From contig OZ024743.1 in the NCBI GenBank assembly GCA_964016885.1, positions 45,136,001 to 45,200,000 on the forward strand: a stretch of 64,000 nt of DNA, read 5' to 3'. This document shows positions 25,255 through 39,249 of the stretch, one piece after another; within the stretch, counting starts at the first letter, position 1, and each line of letters opens with the position of its first letter. Below the pieces are notes generated by a model. That model had not been told where the DNA came from. It was given only the letters and a program-made list of their open reading frames with translations, and ran no database searches. Source of the stretch: Eledone cirrhosa (lineage: Eukaryota). A program made the position numbers and the translations under genes.

Positions 25255-25532
25255 ATATTAATAAAAGGAATTCCAACTTTGTCTGATTTACTCGTTTCAT
25301 TTACAATCCTTTAAAAATGGTGTTAGAATGAAATAGTATGGTAGAATATTAAATGTTAAGTGTTAATTGAACAAGTACTTTCATGCTTTCGCAATCTTCA
25401 GGTTCAAATTGTGTGGTGACTGTCAAGTTTGCAATTTTCTACCATACTATTTCATTCTAATACCATTATACATTTTAAAGCATTTTAAATAAAACGAGTA
25501 AATCAGACAACGTTGGAATTCCTTTTATTAAT
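25255..25532. repeat. Short inverted-repeat element with a hammerhead in its spacer
   Basis: Arms taataaaaggaattccaac...gtatggtagaa and ttctaccatac...gttggaattccttttatta. Confidence 0.85.
25367..25407 (-). ncRNA. Minimal hammerhead ribozyme (41 nt)
   Basis: Minus strand: TTGAAC CTGAAGA tTGC-GAAA-GCAt GAAA GTAC TT GTTCAA. Perfect stem I, GNRA loop II, palindromic stem III. Confidence 0.8.
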
Positions 25533-25552
25533 ATATATATATATATATATAT

Positions 25553-25742
25553 AATGAAGGAAGTGTGGTAAGATACCAGGTGGACCATAACGCACCATAG
25601 TACTCGATACTTTGGGGTAGTATAGTGGTTAATAGGAAAAGGTTCAGGACCCCGACGGCAGAGCTCAAGCCGTTTCGACGGCTATTTCTGGACCAGAAGT
25701 AGAACGGCTTGAGCTCTGCCGTCGGGTCCTGAACCTTTTCCT
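25553..25742. mobile_element. Short fold-back copy of the element end seen in full at 59543-60849; further copies at 26320-26482, 41346-41460 and 41491-41697
   Basis: Shared gaaggaaatgtggtaagg...gaccccgacggctgagctcaagccgtttcgacggctaattctggac; all lie between (TA)n tracts. Confidence 0.85.
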
Positions 25743-26476
25743 ATAAATATATATATATATATATATAAACAAGTGTATCAATGGAAAATTCAACTTCTTT
25801 CAAACAAAAACAATTTTCATTCTCTTACACATGTTTCGAAAGTTATATATATTTAATTCCTTGAAATGTTGAGAAACATTTCGCACAACATATGCATATG
25901 CCTCTAGATACGTGCAGATATACGACTATTGAGTCATATGCTTCAGAAAGATGATAATTTTCTTTTACAATGAACAAGATTGTCAATGAAATATTGATTT
26001 AACCTTTAGCCTGAATTTTGAACCTAAAGCATGTATCTCAAGTACAGAGTAACATTTAAAAGAAATTTTTCACGAGTTGTATTTTTTCCGTTGCTCGTAT
26101 GCTGACATCTTACTAACATTGATGCTCTTGTTTATATTTGCTCTGTGTTTATAACTACATCTCACAATTATAGTTTTCTTTTTCTCTTCAAACCTTTATA
26201 TATTATATAAACACATTGAGCTATTCCTTTTTATAAAACGTGCCAATTATAATCGTCTACTTCCCTTTGAGAATTGTTCCGATAGTTTCACCTTTGATAT
26301 ATATATATATATATATATAAAAAGAGTGAGGACCTCGACGGCTGAGCTCCGGCCGTTTCGACACCTAGATCCGAACTAAGCCACCAGCCGTCGGGGTCTT
26401 ATTACCGACTCTACTACCCTAAGTATTGAATAATCTGGTGCGTTATGGTACACTTGGTATTTTACCACATCCTCTT

Positions 26477-26571
<95 letters not shown>

Positions 26572-27209
26572 GGAAATGAATTCTACAAAAATAAGACTGT
26601 TTCGTTCGTTTGAAACAGTTTGTACTCTGTAGAAGTAATTTTTATATGGAATAAATATGTACCTTCTCTATTAATGAACTGAGTACCGATTACCTAATTT
26701 AATGGTGACTCTCTTCTGTACTTCGTCATAAGGCCACATTTCAATTGCTTTAGTATTATGTCCCTATTTAAGACAGTTCTTCATGTTTTTTGCGTTTCAG
26801 TCTTTTAGCCTGGGCTATGTGTTTTCTATTCTTATTGCCCCTCTCCTGCTAATTGACTCATGTAATCCAACGTTTATCGTGATGTTAGTTGTCCTTGCGC
26901 AGTGACAAATCTACTCTCCTCGTTACTAGCCTATTGTCCAGTTGATTTCTTTTTCATATATTATGTTCTGGGTGTTAGAGTTACAAACCATAATATAACG
27001 AAACCTGAGACCGTCCATTGTAAGTATACATCCAGACAGATGGCTAATGAACGGATAATGTTTGTTGCTCCGATTGCATACTTTTATTTCGTCCCCAATT
27101 TCCATATCTATATGGAATTGAGACCGGGGAGACCACTAATCATGGGAGTACTCAATGCAGGAGGTGATGCAGAGTGGGTATAGAGATATATAATATTGTA
27201 CATTTTTCT

Positions 27210-27327
<118 letters not shown>

Positions 27328-27899
27328 ATATATATATATATATATATGTGTGCCTGTGTGTGTATTTATATATTGATATGTAAATCCCTGTGTTAGACAC
27401 ATCTAAACTCTGTCTTTGCACATATAAACTCGCATATCTGACGAGATGTCGAAGATGAGTCTTGCCCCGTCATTTTGATTGTACCCTGAGCTGATCGATA
27501 TCGAAACAATTGTAATATGCTACTAACGTTTGTATATATGCTGCAACACTGACTTCAACTCTACTTACTCCATATACAGTCTGCACACTACAGCCGAACA
27601 ACTGGAACACACGTCGTCGGAACCGATGAAATTCCAACACACACATTTCAAATAAATCTCTGAACGAAAACATCCAATGCAAAGTATCTGTCAAATCAAT
27701 ATTTTCTATAGATTTGTAAAAGTTCAAATAATAGTATTCAAATGTCTAGAGTAGTTCGTACTTTGATGTTTTTCCGAGTACCATCGTGGTGTTTACGATT
27801 CTGTTAAACTAAAACTCCCAAACCGAATGAGGAGATATAAATTTTATTCATTTCAAATTTTCAAAATACTATTATAATAACATAATGTGAAAACTAAAG

Positions 27900-28235
27900 G
27901 GAGAGAATAATAGAAAGAAAGAAAAAAGAAAGAAAGAGGGAAAGAAAGTAAGAACGAAAGAAAGAAATCGTAAAAAAGAAAGAATGAAAGCGAAAAAAAG
28001 AAAGAGAGAAAGAAAGAAAAAAGAAAGAAAAAAGAAAGAAAGAAAGAAAGAAAGCGAGAAAGAAAAAAGAAAGTAAGAAAGAAAAAAGAAAGAAAGCGAG
28101 AAAGAAAGAAAGAAAAAAGAAAGAAAGAAAGAAAGCGATAAAAAGAAAGAAAGAAAGGAAAGAAAGAAAGAGAGAAAGAAAGAAAGAAATAGAAAAAAAA
28201 GAAAGAAAGACGGATAGAAAGAAAGCTAAATAGGA
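27900..28235. repeat. (GAAA)n-like purine tract
   Basis: Read directly. Confidence 0.95.
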
Positions 28236-28562
28236 AGGATGATACACGAGACGTTTGACTGAACGGTAATACGCTGACACTCCGCAGATAAAGTAGCGAA
28301 AGTATTGATGTGGAGACAAGAGAGCGACACACGTTATATTCTCCTTGTGGGACAATCAGGAGATTGAGGACATTGGAAGTCTCAGTAGCGGCAATCACAA
28401 AAAGAAATTGGTAAGTTAAAGCCTGGCATTTAATAATCTTCTGCTCATCTGCCTTGAATCAACTATTGACCGTTCAATCTGTCCAACTTTCCAAAATACA
28501 CTCCACATTAACAAATTAAATAGAATGAAAAACTTCATTAAATAAAAATAGTTCATTATAGA

Positions 28563-28905
28563 TGCAGGCATTGCTGTGTTGTTAAGGTTTTCGCTTCACG
28601 AACACTTAGTTCTGGGTTCAGTCCCACTGCACAAGTGTCTTCTACTATGGCCATGATTTGAACAATGCCTTGCGAGTAAAATTTAGAAATTTAGTAGACG
28701 GAAACTGCAATAGCACGTCGTACCTGTGTGTATGTATGTCTGGATGTGTGGATATATTTATATTCCGCTACTTAACGATTTGACAAAATTCAGGTCGATA
28801 AAATAAGTACTACACTTGAAAAGTAAGCAGTGGTGTCAATATGATCGAAAATTATGATGGTCTCACAGCATGGCCACAGTCTAATGACTGAGACCAGGAG
28901 AAGAA
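28563..28905 (+). mobile_element. Third SINE family, diverged
   Basis: tRNA-like head gcaggcattgctgtgttgttaagg...gggttcagtcccactgc; tail cagcatggccacagtctaatgactga, also seen at about 2360. Confidence 0.6.
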
Positions 28906-29689
28906 TAAGATTCAGTGTCGGGGAAATTCACCAACAAAACAATTGTGTTTCTTAAGAAGTGTGATCTTCTCAATCCGGGACACAACATGGCCAAATGTTC
29001 GATTCACAATCATAAGCTTTTAGTTGGTTTCTACAACATGGTATCATGAGCAATGAGATGCACCATAACCTCACACTGACATAAACCCTAAGAAGGAATA
29101 AGCCTGAGTAGATGGAAACTGTTCGTAAGCTTGGTGGACAAAAAGTACCTGTAGTTCAAAAGGCCAGCCTTGTCATCCTCCCTCTGTCGCGCGAAATGTC
29201 CTTGATAATTACGTTAAGGGCACACGTCTCTACGGAATATTCAGAAACCTTTGCGTTTAATTTCACGATAATCTTGATCCATTGATCTAACAAATAAATG
29301 TTACGCGTGTCCGTTGAATGCTTAGTCACTTGCGCGTTAATTTTTCACGAATAAGCTGTTCCGTTGATCGAACAACTGAAACACTCATCGCCTTAACCGA
29401 CGGAGGTTCATTTCAAGTACATCTGTCATAACACCGCCCGATTTATAAGAAATGTTAAATGACCTCCCTGACACTGCTCCAGTCAATCCTCAGGCATTGT
29501 TGACCTGCCAAACAGAGACAAACCATTCACTCACTAAAATTTCTATACATTTTCCTATGCTATGAGAATCAACAATAGAGCGACATATCCAGCCCAAGCA
29601 AATCTAGCAACGAATACTTGCCAAATATAGAACAAAATGAAACACTCCCAATAGATTCACCAACAACTATGTTGGTTTTTAATAATACA

Positions 29690-29877
29690 TACTATGATAA
29701 CTAGAACGTTCACCGCCACCACTGATACTAATCCTACCAATACTACTACGACCACTAGTACTAAAGTCACTACTACTACAACCACTACAACTAAAACCAC
29801 TATCACAAACAAAACAACTACCAAAGGCCACTACTACTACAAGCTCTAATATAAACGACGAATACAACTACTACGAT

Positions 29878-29920
<43 letters not shown>

Positions 29921-30009
29921 GATATTACTACAACCACTACAACTAAAACCACTATCACAAACAATACAACTATCTAAGGCCTCTATTACTACAACAAGCT
30001 ATAATACAG

Positions 30010-30053
<44 letters not shown>

Positions 30054-30110
30054 GATATTACTACAACCACTACTACGACGGTTACCCACCATTACAATTA
30101 CTACTGATAA
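29690..30110. repeat. (ACT)n-derived low-complexity tract with an internal duplication
   Basis: acaaccactacaactaaaaccactatcacaaac occurs twice. Confidence 0.9.
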
Positions 30111-30111
30111 T

Positions 30112-30425
30112 AATAATTGTTTCTACTTTTGGCACAAGGCCATTACTGGTACTTTATTTTATCGACTCCGTAAGGATGAAAGGCAAAGTTCACCTTGGCG
30201 GGATTTGAACTCAGACCGTAAAGGGACGTAACTATGCTGGGAAGCATGGCGATAATAATAATTGTTTCTACTTTTGGCACAAGGCCAGCAATTAACCAGT
30301 ACATTACTGGTACTTTATTTTATCGACTCCGTAAGGATGAAAGGCAAAGTTAACCTCGGCGGGATTTGAACTCAGAATGGCAAGGGCCGTAACTCTATGC
30401 GTCAAAGCATCCGACCCTCTACCGA
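30112..30425 (-). mobile_element. Two tandem SINE copies
   Basis: Family match at 30112-30252 and 30256-30425. Confidence 0.85.
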
Positions 30426-30733
30426 GTGACAGATGAAGTATATAAATTAGTTTCAAATTTCACTTTTTGTAAAGTGTTTGATTGTGGTGAAGGTATATTG
30501 TTCTCATGAGTATCACTGAAAGGATAGTTTTAGGAAAGAACATCTATGAAAACTGCATTATTTGTTATACACTTATCACCTTTTCTATTTACTATTCTGT
30601 CTTTACATCGACAAGTGAATATGTTCTAAATCGAACTACATACAATACAGGTTCAATCCTTTTGAACATTATATATATATATATATATTAATTCAAAATA
30701 TTAACAAAAATAGGCATTCGTGTGATCAAGTAT

Positions 30734-30798
30734 ATTTTATTATACATATTTCAAAGGTACTGAGCTATCTTCAACAGTACGTCCTCATCAGATAAAAT
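30734..30798 (-). ncRNA. Hammerhead ribozyme, family of the 56774 copy
   Basis: Minus strand: ATTTTAT CTGATGA ggac-GTACTG..CAGTAC-cttt GAAA TATGTA TA ATAAAAT. Confidence 0.8.
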
Positions 30799-30957
30799 AA
30801 GATGATGCATGACATACCCTGATTAGTAGATGGCTAAGATTTAGTCATGGTAGTGAATAAGATATGACAAAACTCAATATTTATATACCTTAAGACATGA
30901 AAAAATTTACATATAAAACTCATTCTTTGATTTATTCATTGAACCTTGTTTAACCTT

Positions 30958-31006
<49 letters not shown>

Positions 31007-31019
31007 CTATATATACATA

Positions 31020-31076
<57 letters not shown>

Positions 31077-31484
31077 ATAATAATAAATTTGAAAACTAAA
31101 ATCCAAAGAGGACTCGATATATATATATATATACTGCCTTTCGTGCATATGATCATATATCTTTCTTGTCATTCTCTCTTTCCTCATGAGTTACTCTCTC
31201 CATATTTCACTTCTTCTATCTGCAATAATGAGTCATGCATATCTTATTATTATTTAAATTATTTAAATTGTTAACAGTTATGTAAGGCTTATATTATATT
31301 ATATATTATTAGTTATTTATCATTATGTTTCTTTATACAGATTCTCATACGCACCCTCTGTATTATATGTAAGTTTTCATGTTTCAACTTAAGGTATATA
31401 AATATTGAGTTTTGTCATAACTAATTCCCTACCAGGACTGAATTATAACCTTCAACATAGTCAAGGTATGTCAAGCATCAACTT

Positions 31485-31548
31485 ATTTTATCTGATGAGG
31501 ACGTACTGTTGAAATAGCTCAGTACCTCTGAAATATGTAAAATAAAAT
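31485..31548 (+). ncRNA. Hammerhead of the same family with a mutated cleavage site (TA to AA), probably inactive
   Basis: ATTTTAT CTGATGA GGAcGTACTG..CAGTACcTCT GAAA TATGTA AA ATAAAAT; right arm of the IR 30688-31595. Confidence 0.65.
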
Positions 31549-31629
31549 ATATTTGATCACATGAATGTCTATATTTATTAATATTTTGAAGTAATATATA
31601 TATATATGTATATATATATGTATGTATAT

Positions 31630-31960
31630 ATACAGAATTAATAACAGAACACACTCACTGTTTGGTTGGTTTTTGCTTCTGTATCTTTTATATCAGTTAG
31701 TTCATTCGGTCCTCAATGTTTACCATTGACTGACCAACGGTCGAAAATACAGATATAATATAGACACACACACATATATATAGTCTAACAAAGTTCTTTC
31801 GTTGCAAATCTACAACATCGTCAGTGGTGCTATTATGTTCCTCCTGTTGTATTGTACATCTACGCCATCTTTATTTAATCTGTTTATTTATTACAGTGAG
31901 TGTGTTATTAATTCTGGTAATATTATTACAACAATATGACCCTCCCCAAGTATAAGAATA
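31630..31960. mobile_element. Rearranged terminal-repeat fragment of the 40340-41240 PLE family
   Basis: Shares agaattaataacagaacacactcactg and atatgaccctcccc with 40340-40485 and 41088-41240, in both orientations. Confidence 0.7.
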
Positions 31961-31978
31961 TGTATATATATATATATA

Positions 31979-32596
31979 CTAGCAGAGGTACCCGGCGTTG
32001 CTCGGGTATTAAATAGCAGTTATGTATACCATGTATGTCAATACTTCAGTGCTGCTTCGAAAACTATACTTTTACAAAATCATCGGCTTTTCCCAAAAGG
32101 GGGTTCCTGCCCCCAGGAGTCCCTTACTCAATATGTGCAAATTCTGAGAGTTTACATTCATCTGTAGAACAAACGTAGACCATGTGTCAAGTTTTGTGAA
32201 AATCGGTTGCGAAGTCCAGAAGTTATGACGTTTTCTTGCATTGCACTGCAGTGCTTCAGTCGACTCCAAGGAAATGGTTAAAGGGGGTTATCAGCCGGGA
32301 GGCCTTATAATCAATATCTGGAAAAATGAAAGTGCCCATGACCATCCGGCGTACATAAGTAACCTATGTCTTTAGTTTGGTGAAAATACTGTAGAAATGC
32401 AAAAGGTTTACACACACACACGTGCGCGTGTGTGTTTGTTTGTGTGTGTGTGTGTATTTGTGTGTGCGTATGTATGTGTATGTCCGTCGGCGCATACGTA
32501 TGTACTGGCCCAAATCTTCACTATTTACTTTTACTATTTTAATAACCTCTGTCATTTATGTTTACAATTTTATTTACATCATCCTTAAATTCTCTC

Positions 32597-32669
<73 letters not shown>

Positions 32670-32836
32670 ATATATATATATATGTGTGTGTTTGTGCATG
32701 TGTGTGTGTGTGAACCAGCGTTCGTCGCCATTCTCTCTCTCTCTCTCTCTATCTGAATATCTTGTACTTCTCTCTGTATAACCACCTATCTCACTCTCTC
32801 TCTCTCTACATCTCCCTTTCTCTCTTTAGATGTATT

Positions 32837-32873
<37 letters not shown>

Positions 32874-33054
32874 AGTGTTCATGCAACCAGCAAACCAATA
32901 TTTATCTAGGGGCTGCATTAACAAAAACTTGAAACTGTTATGAGTCCAAAACACTCCTGGGAACATAACGCATGTTTGTTCCAAATTGGAAGAAAATCGG
33001 TTGGAAACTGTAGAAGTTCTGTGGGTACGGACATACACACACACATCCTCAGTT

Positions 33055-33060
<6 letters not shown>
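31979..33060 (-). mobile_element. Non-autonomous Helitron
   Basis: Minus-strand 3' end: hairpin CCCGAGCAACGCCGGG, 8 nt, then CTAG followed by T. The 5' end is lost in (TA)n. Confidence 0.65.
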
Positions 33061-33092
<32 letters not shown>

Positions 33093-36000
33093 TATATAGT
33101 AATAAGCAGCGATTCTTTGCTTAAACTTTTGTATATATATATATATAGAAATAGATATAAATATGTATATGTGTATATGTGTGTGTGTATATGTATATAT
33201 GTAGATATATATGTGTGTGTGAATGTAGCGAAGATAATACGTCTCCAATGACGTGTTCGTCAGAATGTTGTTATGCAGACAGCCAGACATACAGACAGAT
33301 ATTATAAGGGCTCGACGGAGATGGATAACCGGCGCCTAATACCCCTTTAACAACAGAAAATTGAAAAATAAAAGCTGGAGTTAATATAAATGTGGATTTG
33401 TATAGACTTTGCAAAAATGAGGACACACACACAGACAAAATCAGTTTTGTATATATATATATATAGTTTCGTTGACAAATATATCAATGTGCCCAGACAC
33501 GCAGATATATTGCCCTTGGTATGATAGTGTGTGATTTTAGCTCAAAGTAGGATAACTAGTATACTACAGAGCAGTTATAATTATAGGAATCACCTTAGAA
33601 ATACATTGTTTTATTAGCTAACGGTGTTTCATCCATATCCTATGGCAGGAAAATAGAGTAGGAAAATAATCTTACATTTCGGACGATAGTTCTTCATAAT
33701 ATAGAATGAGAAATAAAGGAAGACATAGAAAGATAGAGGAGAGTGAGCACGTCTGTTCGGTCAACTATTTAGCGGGGAAACATGCATATAGTTAGTTTTG
33801 AACGCACAGTCGAAGTAATCGTAGTACAATGGGTCTACCACCTGATTTAATATAGGACTACATTGTCAACAATCGGTAGATACCAAAACTTCAATGAGAA
33901 GGCATTCTGCAAATTTAGAATGTCTTTAAGTATGTACTCATTGCAGTAAAATAAAATCAGTATATATATATAAATGTGTGTCTGTCTGTCTCTGAGTGTG
34001 TGTGTATGTGTGTGTGTGTGTGTGTGTGCGGGTATGTGTGTGTGGGCGGGTATGTGTGTGAGTGTATGCGGGTATGTGTGTGGGGGGGGATATGTGTGTG
34101 TCTGTGTGCGGGTATGTGTGTGGGCGGGTGTGTGTGTGTGGGCGGGTATGCAATTGTCTGTGTAAATATACCCAATCCCCATCATGTATATACCTTTTTG
34201 TAGGTTTAACCTTTCCCGAAAAATAAAACGTTCTGTTTTCTGATAATCTCCCACGTAATGGAGAAAACAACTTTTTCCACACATATTGGAGCAAACATCT
34301 AGTGTTTTGTGTGGCTGAACCACCTCGCTACTGTGATCGGGATGGAGTTGGTCACCCCCATGAACAAACCCCACGAGTTAGACTAACGTTTTCCCAATCC
34401 TCCGGAGTATAGTATTATATTCTCTGTTCTGACTGCCGAAACCATGAAGTAACACCGACAAAATAGATACAATTTTAATAAATTCTGCTTTGTCTGTTCA
34501 GATACCGTAATTGTTAACTTGGAGTTTGAACACCTCTAGGAGGATTATATCTATTGATCTTAGACTCGAATATTTGAGTGGACGCCATTTCTCCCTATAA
34601 TTGCTAGGCTAATAATATAAAAGAAGCAACGCGTGAAATTACATATTTATGATAGGATACTTTTTACTCAGGAAACTTTCATAGAAATACAAATACAAAA
34701 TGGTAAGTAAACAACAATAATAGAAGAGGATCACAATAGAAATTATGTTGCGCAATCACTAAATAACATGTTAAATAACAAACAAGATTTGTTTTTTATC
34801 AAATGTTTCCCAGAAACATATTAACAAGAAACATATGCAGCCGTCTTCGAATAACAATTGAATTGTCCTTAGGCTGTGCAGAAAACATTATCATTAAAAT
34901 TTTCTATGCACTAGCTAACGTTATATATTTTATATTATTAAAAGTAAAATGGCAAATGTTTCTGCCAAACTTACAAATATAAATTGTCTGGTTATTGCAT
35001 CGTGGGCGTTGCACTGAAAGTATTGGAGTGATTGTTTAGAGCACTCCGGGTAGGTTTTTACTGCAAATGAACATAGACTGTAAGAAAAAATGTTTTTTTC
35101 CGCAATAAAATAAAATCTGAAAATTAGATAAATTAAATTTTTTTCAAAAGATTTTGTAAGATAACTTGAAGAAGTATTAATGTTTAACTAGAGAACAATG
35201 AATTGGTACAAGTATAACCAAAGAAAATTAATCACATAAATTCAGTTCTCTGTGTTCAATTTTCTAAGATTTTACGATTCAGGCATGACAAATGTTGATT
35301 TTTACATTTTCAACAAATGCTCAGGCAGGTTTTTGTCAATGATTTTAATTTCACAAAAATGATGTTTCCCAATTAAATGATCATTTGTTTTAAACCTCTC
35401 TTTCTAATGTGATTTTTAAAATTATTCACATAGCTGAGTTGTAATCTAAAGTCACTACACGTGGAGTTAAACAATGCATTTTGTGTTGTCAGAATAAAGG
35501 GTGTGTGTCTTCTATGTTTTGGGTGATATGAAATAAAGAACAAACATGTTTTTGTGTTTTCTGTTGGTTTAAATTAGATGTTGGTTTCTCTGTTCGAGTC
35601 ATTTATGATAAATAGGATGTCCAAGTGAACTGGGGCAACGTCAAATAAACTGTCTTTCTCAATGATCAAGGACACAAGTATCACATGAAGTTATGTCTAC
35701 ATAATTATATATATGTGTGGGGGGGGGGCGTGTGTGTGTGTGTGTTTAAGTTATGTAATTTATGTAGATATAAATATTAAAGTTTAACACAACATATTCG
35801 TAACATTTGAGACAATGCTATATAATATTTTGTCCTTAGCAGAATATTTATTTGTTCAGGTTTAAATTTATTTCTCAAATAAATGCAGGACCGGCTGTCA
35901 CAAACGAAATTAATCTTATTGGTGATTGAGGTTTGTTTCATTAGGAAAATTAATGGCTTTCATTTCTCTGATAAAAGAAGCTGAAAAATATTCCTGCATT

Positions 36001-37614
36001 AGATGGAAGCCCTTGGAATGTGGAACTTTTCCCATTTTATATGAAATATTAAATTTATGGATTTTGATTTACAGACATATCTGAACAAAATTGTACCCAT
36101 GTTTCTGGATAGAATATTGAAGAGATATAAATATATATATATTGCCTATATCTCAGTTCGGAACTATTTTTTATAAACCCTATACGGCGGTTGAGCCGTT
36201 TTTCTGAAACAAACGATTGAACGAGCTAAACAATTCCCATCTTGTAAAACACATTACCGTTCTTTTCCAGTGATATTTTCCAATGACATTTTGTATATTT
36301 GTGACTTGAATTTTTTTGGATGATTTTTGCAATATTCACACGAAATGTGCAAGATGGAATAACACCAGGAAAAAATCGATAAACACACCAAATAATTCAA
36401 TTCCTTAAAATGTAAATCCTCAACAAAATATTTTCTATCTTGGTACTGAGACGTTTACTATTTCTATTTTATATACACATGCTCGGTTTCTGTTTGTATA
36501 TTCATGGTTACTACAATGGTTAATATCTAATCTACCATACACAATTAAATATTTTTGTATTTTATTTCAATTCGGTAATATACATAACATTTCAAATGAA
36601 ATGATTACAATAGGATACATTTTGTTCACAAAATATGCATAGAAATAAAAAATCAAGTATTTCGTTGATATTTCTTGCTCCTGGATTGCAAAAGCACACC
36701 CTCCATTGTGGTAAGATATATGTTAAATAACAAACAAGATTTGTTTTCTAAATTCTTAAACCAGAAACATCTTAACAAGAAGCATATGCAGTCTTCTTCA
36801 ACATCGAATAGACCTAAGGCTGTGTGGGAAACATTCTCATTAGAATGTTCTATGTAATAACTTAAGTCATACATTATATATTAATAAAAGAAAATGGCGA
36901 ATGTAACTGCGAAACGTCCAAATGTTCATTGTCTGACTATTGCATTGTGGGGAGATACAATTGTAAATTAAAATAAACTTATTTTTACCGTAAGATGAGA
37001 CCTGACAATTAGGAAATTTTGCTTTTCACTTCAACCTTTTATGTAAGCTAACTTGAAGACATATTAATGTTTAACCAGAGAACGGCGGCTTGCTTCAAGA
37101 TGTATTAAGGATAGTGTTTTTGTTTTGCTGAAACTCAGTTCTCTTGAGTTCAGTTTACCACATAACAAGGACACATTTACTATTTCTTTGGGGTTAAGTA
37201 CATTTGATATAAAATAATTTGCATATAGATTGCATACACAGGTTTGACATCTAGTTCAATTAATAAATTACTAATGCTTTAATATTGTTTTGTTTCAAGA
37301 TCTGAAAATTAGGAAAATTAACTTGTATAACTTGAAGAAATATAAATGTAAGCAAAGACGGATGAAATACAGAACACGCCCCTCTCATCAGTCGACCGGT
37401 AAAGATACGTTGTTTTAGTACAGTAAAATCGATATAACTGGCTCCAGTACACATGGATAGTCACAAATGGACACAAGACAAGTCGGTTAGTTTTTCGGCT
37501 GTTTACAAATGAGATAAAATTTGCTACAAACCAATGTGCTGCAACTGAAAAGAAGAGGCAATGACAAGCCCAACATATTAAAGAAAGTATGCACTTCAAC
37601 ACATTGTTTAAAAG

Positions 37615-37728
37615 CTCAAATCCCGCCGAGGTTAACTTTGCCTTTCATCCTTACGGGGTCGATAAAATAAAGTACCAGTAATGTACTGGGTAATTGCTGG
37701 CCTTGTGCCTAAAGTAGAAACAATTATT
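37615..37728 (+). mobile_element. 5'-truncated SINE
   Basis: Family match. Confidence 0.85.
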
Positions 37729-37832
37729 ATACGATATTTACTTCCTTCTCTTTATTGTAGTTGACGGAGGGAATCCAACCAACTATTTAAATGTCTAAAA
37801 ACATCTGACTGATAAAATGACAAGTCAATCAA

Positions 37833-38050
37833 TCATATTGGTGGCCTTCCCACAGCCCCGGCCGACAGACTGGAGAAGGCGTTTCCCCGGCGGACGGCAA
37901 GGGAGACGCGCTGGAAAAGCCATTCCAGTTCGCGAGGCTCACACCTGCGGCTGGCCAGCTCAGCGCCTATGGTGGTGAGTAGAGAGGTAGGCCTAGGGCG
38001 TAGGGTGCCAGAAGTCTCCACTGCCAAGGGTACAACCACAAACCTGTCGG
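37833..38050 (-). mobile_element. 3' end of a CRE-clade (RLE) non-LTR element; related fragment at about 21250-21350
   Basis: FVVVPLAVETSG...WLFQRVSLAVRRGNA matches the typical CRE C-terminus (PLAVETLG..QRLSVAIQRGNA). Confidence 0.75.
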
Positions 38051-38799
38051 ATTGTTTTGTAGTAAATTTTATCTTATTTGTAAATCGTTTTGTCTTGCAT
38101 CCATTTATTACTGTTCTTAGACCACAGAAACAACGTATCTCCTGTGGTCTAGTGATTAGAAGTAACTGTCCTGTGTTTCGTCCGTTTTCATCCACCATTT
38201 TAAAGTTAATTTTGTATTCGTTTTTATAAGTTTCTTTAATAAATATATGAACACGCACAGAATAAAGAACTCATATACCGTTGATAGAGTCAAGATAATA
38301 TTTATTATTAGTAGTGACATTTTAGTTCAAATAAACAGAAAATCGGTAATATCGGTGAAGCCTCGAGGTACATAATTACTATCAATAGCAAGTATTACAT
38401 ATATATATGTGTGTGAGAGAGAGAGAGAGAGAGAGAGTTATACTGTACTACGGAATGTATCCATAGATTTTCAGCCACCACTATATGTATAGAGAGATGT
38501 AAACACTTAAGCCTTATATTTAATGTCTTTGGGGATAGAAAACGAACGTGGGCCAGAATGGTTTCATTCCTCCGTTTGTATTTCATCAGTGATTGAGTAT
38601 CTTCGTTATTTGCCAAAGAATATAATGTTCATAAATCTATAACTATTACTGGCTTTTGTAAATTTGATATAAAACAGTTTGTATATATAACACATTCTTG
38701 GCAGGCAGTTTGATAATAAATTACTGGTACGTTAAGTTTTTCTTTAACAGATATACTGCACTACGTAATATATCTATAAGTTTTAGTCAATATTATGAA

Positions 38800-39176
38800 G
38801 GCCGGTGGTTTGGCAGTATCGATAGAGCGTCAGAGATCATGCTTTGCAGCATAGTTATGGCCCTTTGCGTTCAGAGTTCAAATTCGCCGAGGTTAAATTT
38901 GCTTTCATCCTTACGAGGTCGATAAAATAAAGTACCAGTGATGCACTGGGGTAATCGCTGGCCTTGCGCCAAAAGTAGAAACTCTGGCGGTGGATTGGCA
39001 GTATCAGTAGAGGGTCGAACCCCATACTTTGCAGCAAAGAGTTACGGCCCTTTATGATCCGAGTTCAAATCCTGCCGAGGTTAACTTTGCCTTTCATCCT
39101 TGCGGGGTCGATAAAAGAAAGTACCAGTAATACACTGGGATAATTGCTGGCCTTGTGCCAAAAGTAGAAACAATTA
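38800..39176 (+). mobile_element. Two head-to-tail SINE copies
   Basis: Family match at 38800-38980 and 38985-39176. Confidence 0.85.
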
Positions 39177-39249
39177 TATAAGTAGAGAAATGTAAACGGC
39201 TGATCATTTTTTTCTATCCTCAGAAACATTTTACCTTATAGAGATTTGA

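Noticed and set aside
25820-25955. Minus-strand GAAA CATGTG TA AGAGA half-hammerhead
   Set aside because: The only candidate 5' half (CTGAAGC) is about 110 nt away and gives no stem II.
34383-34450. Minus-strand ...YSGGLGKR-stop, resembling a neuropeptide end
   Set aside because: Single occurrence with no signal peptide, repeats or clear splice acceptor; compatible with chance.
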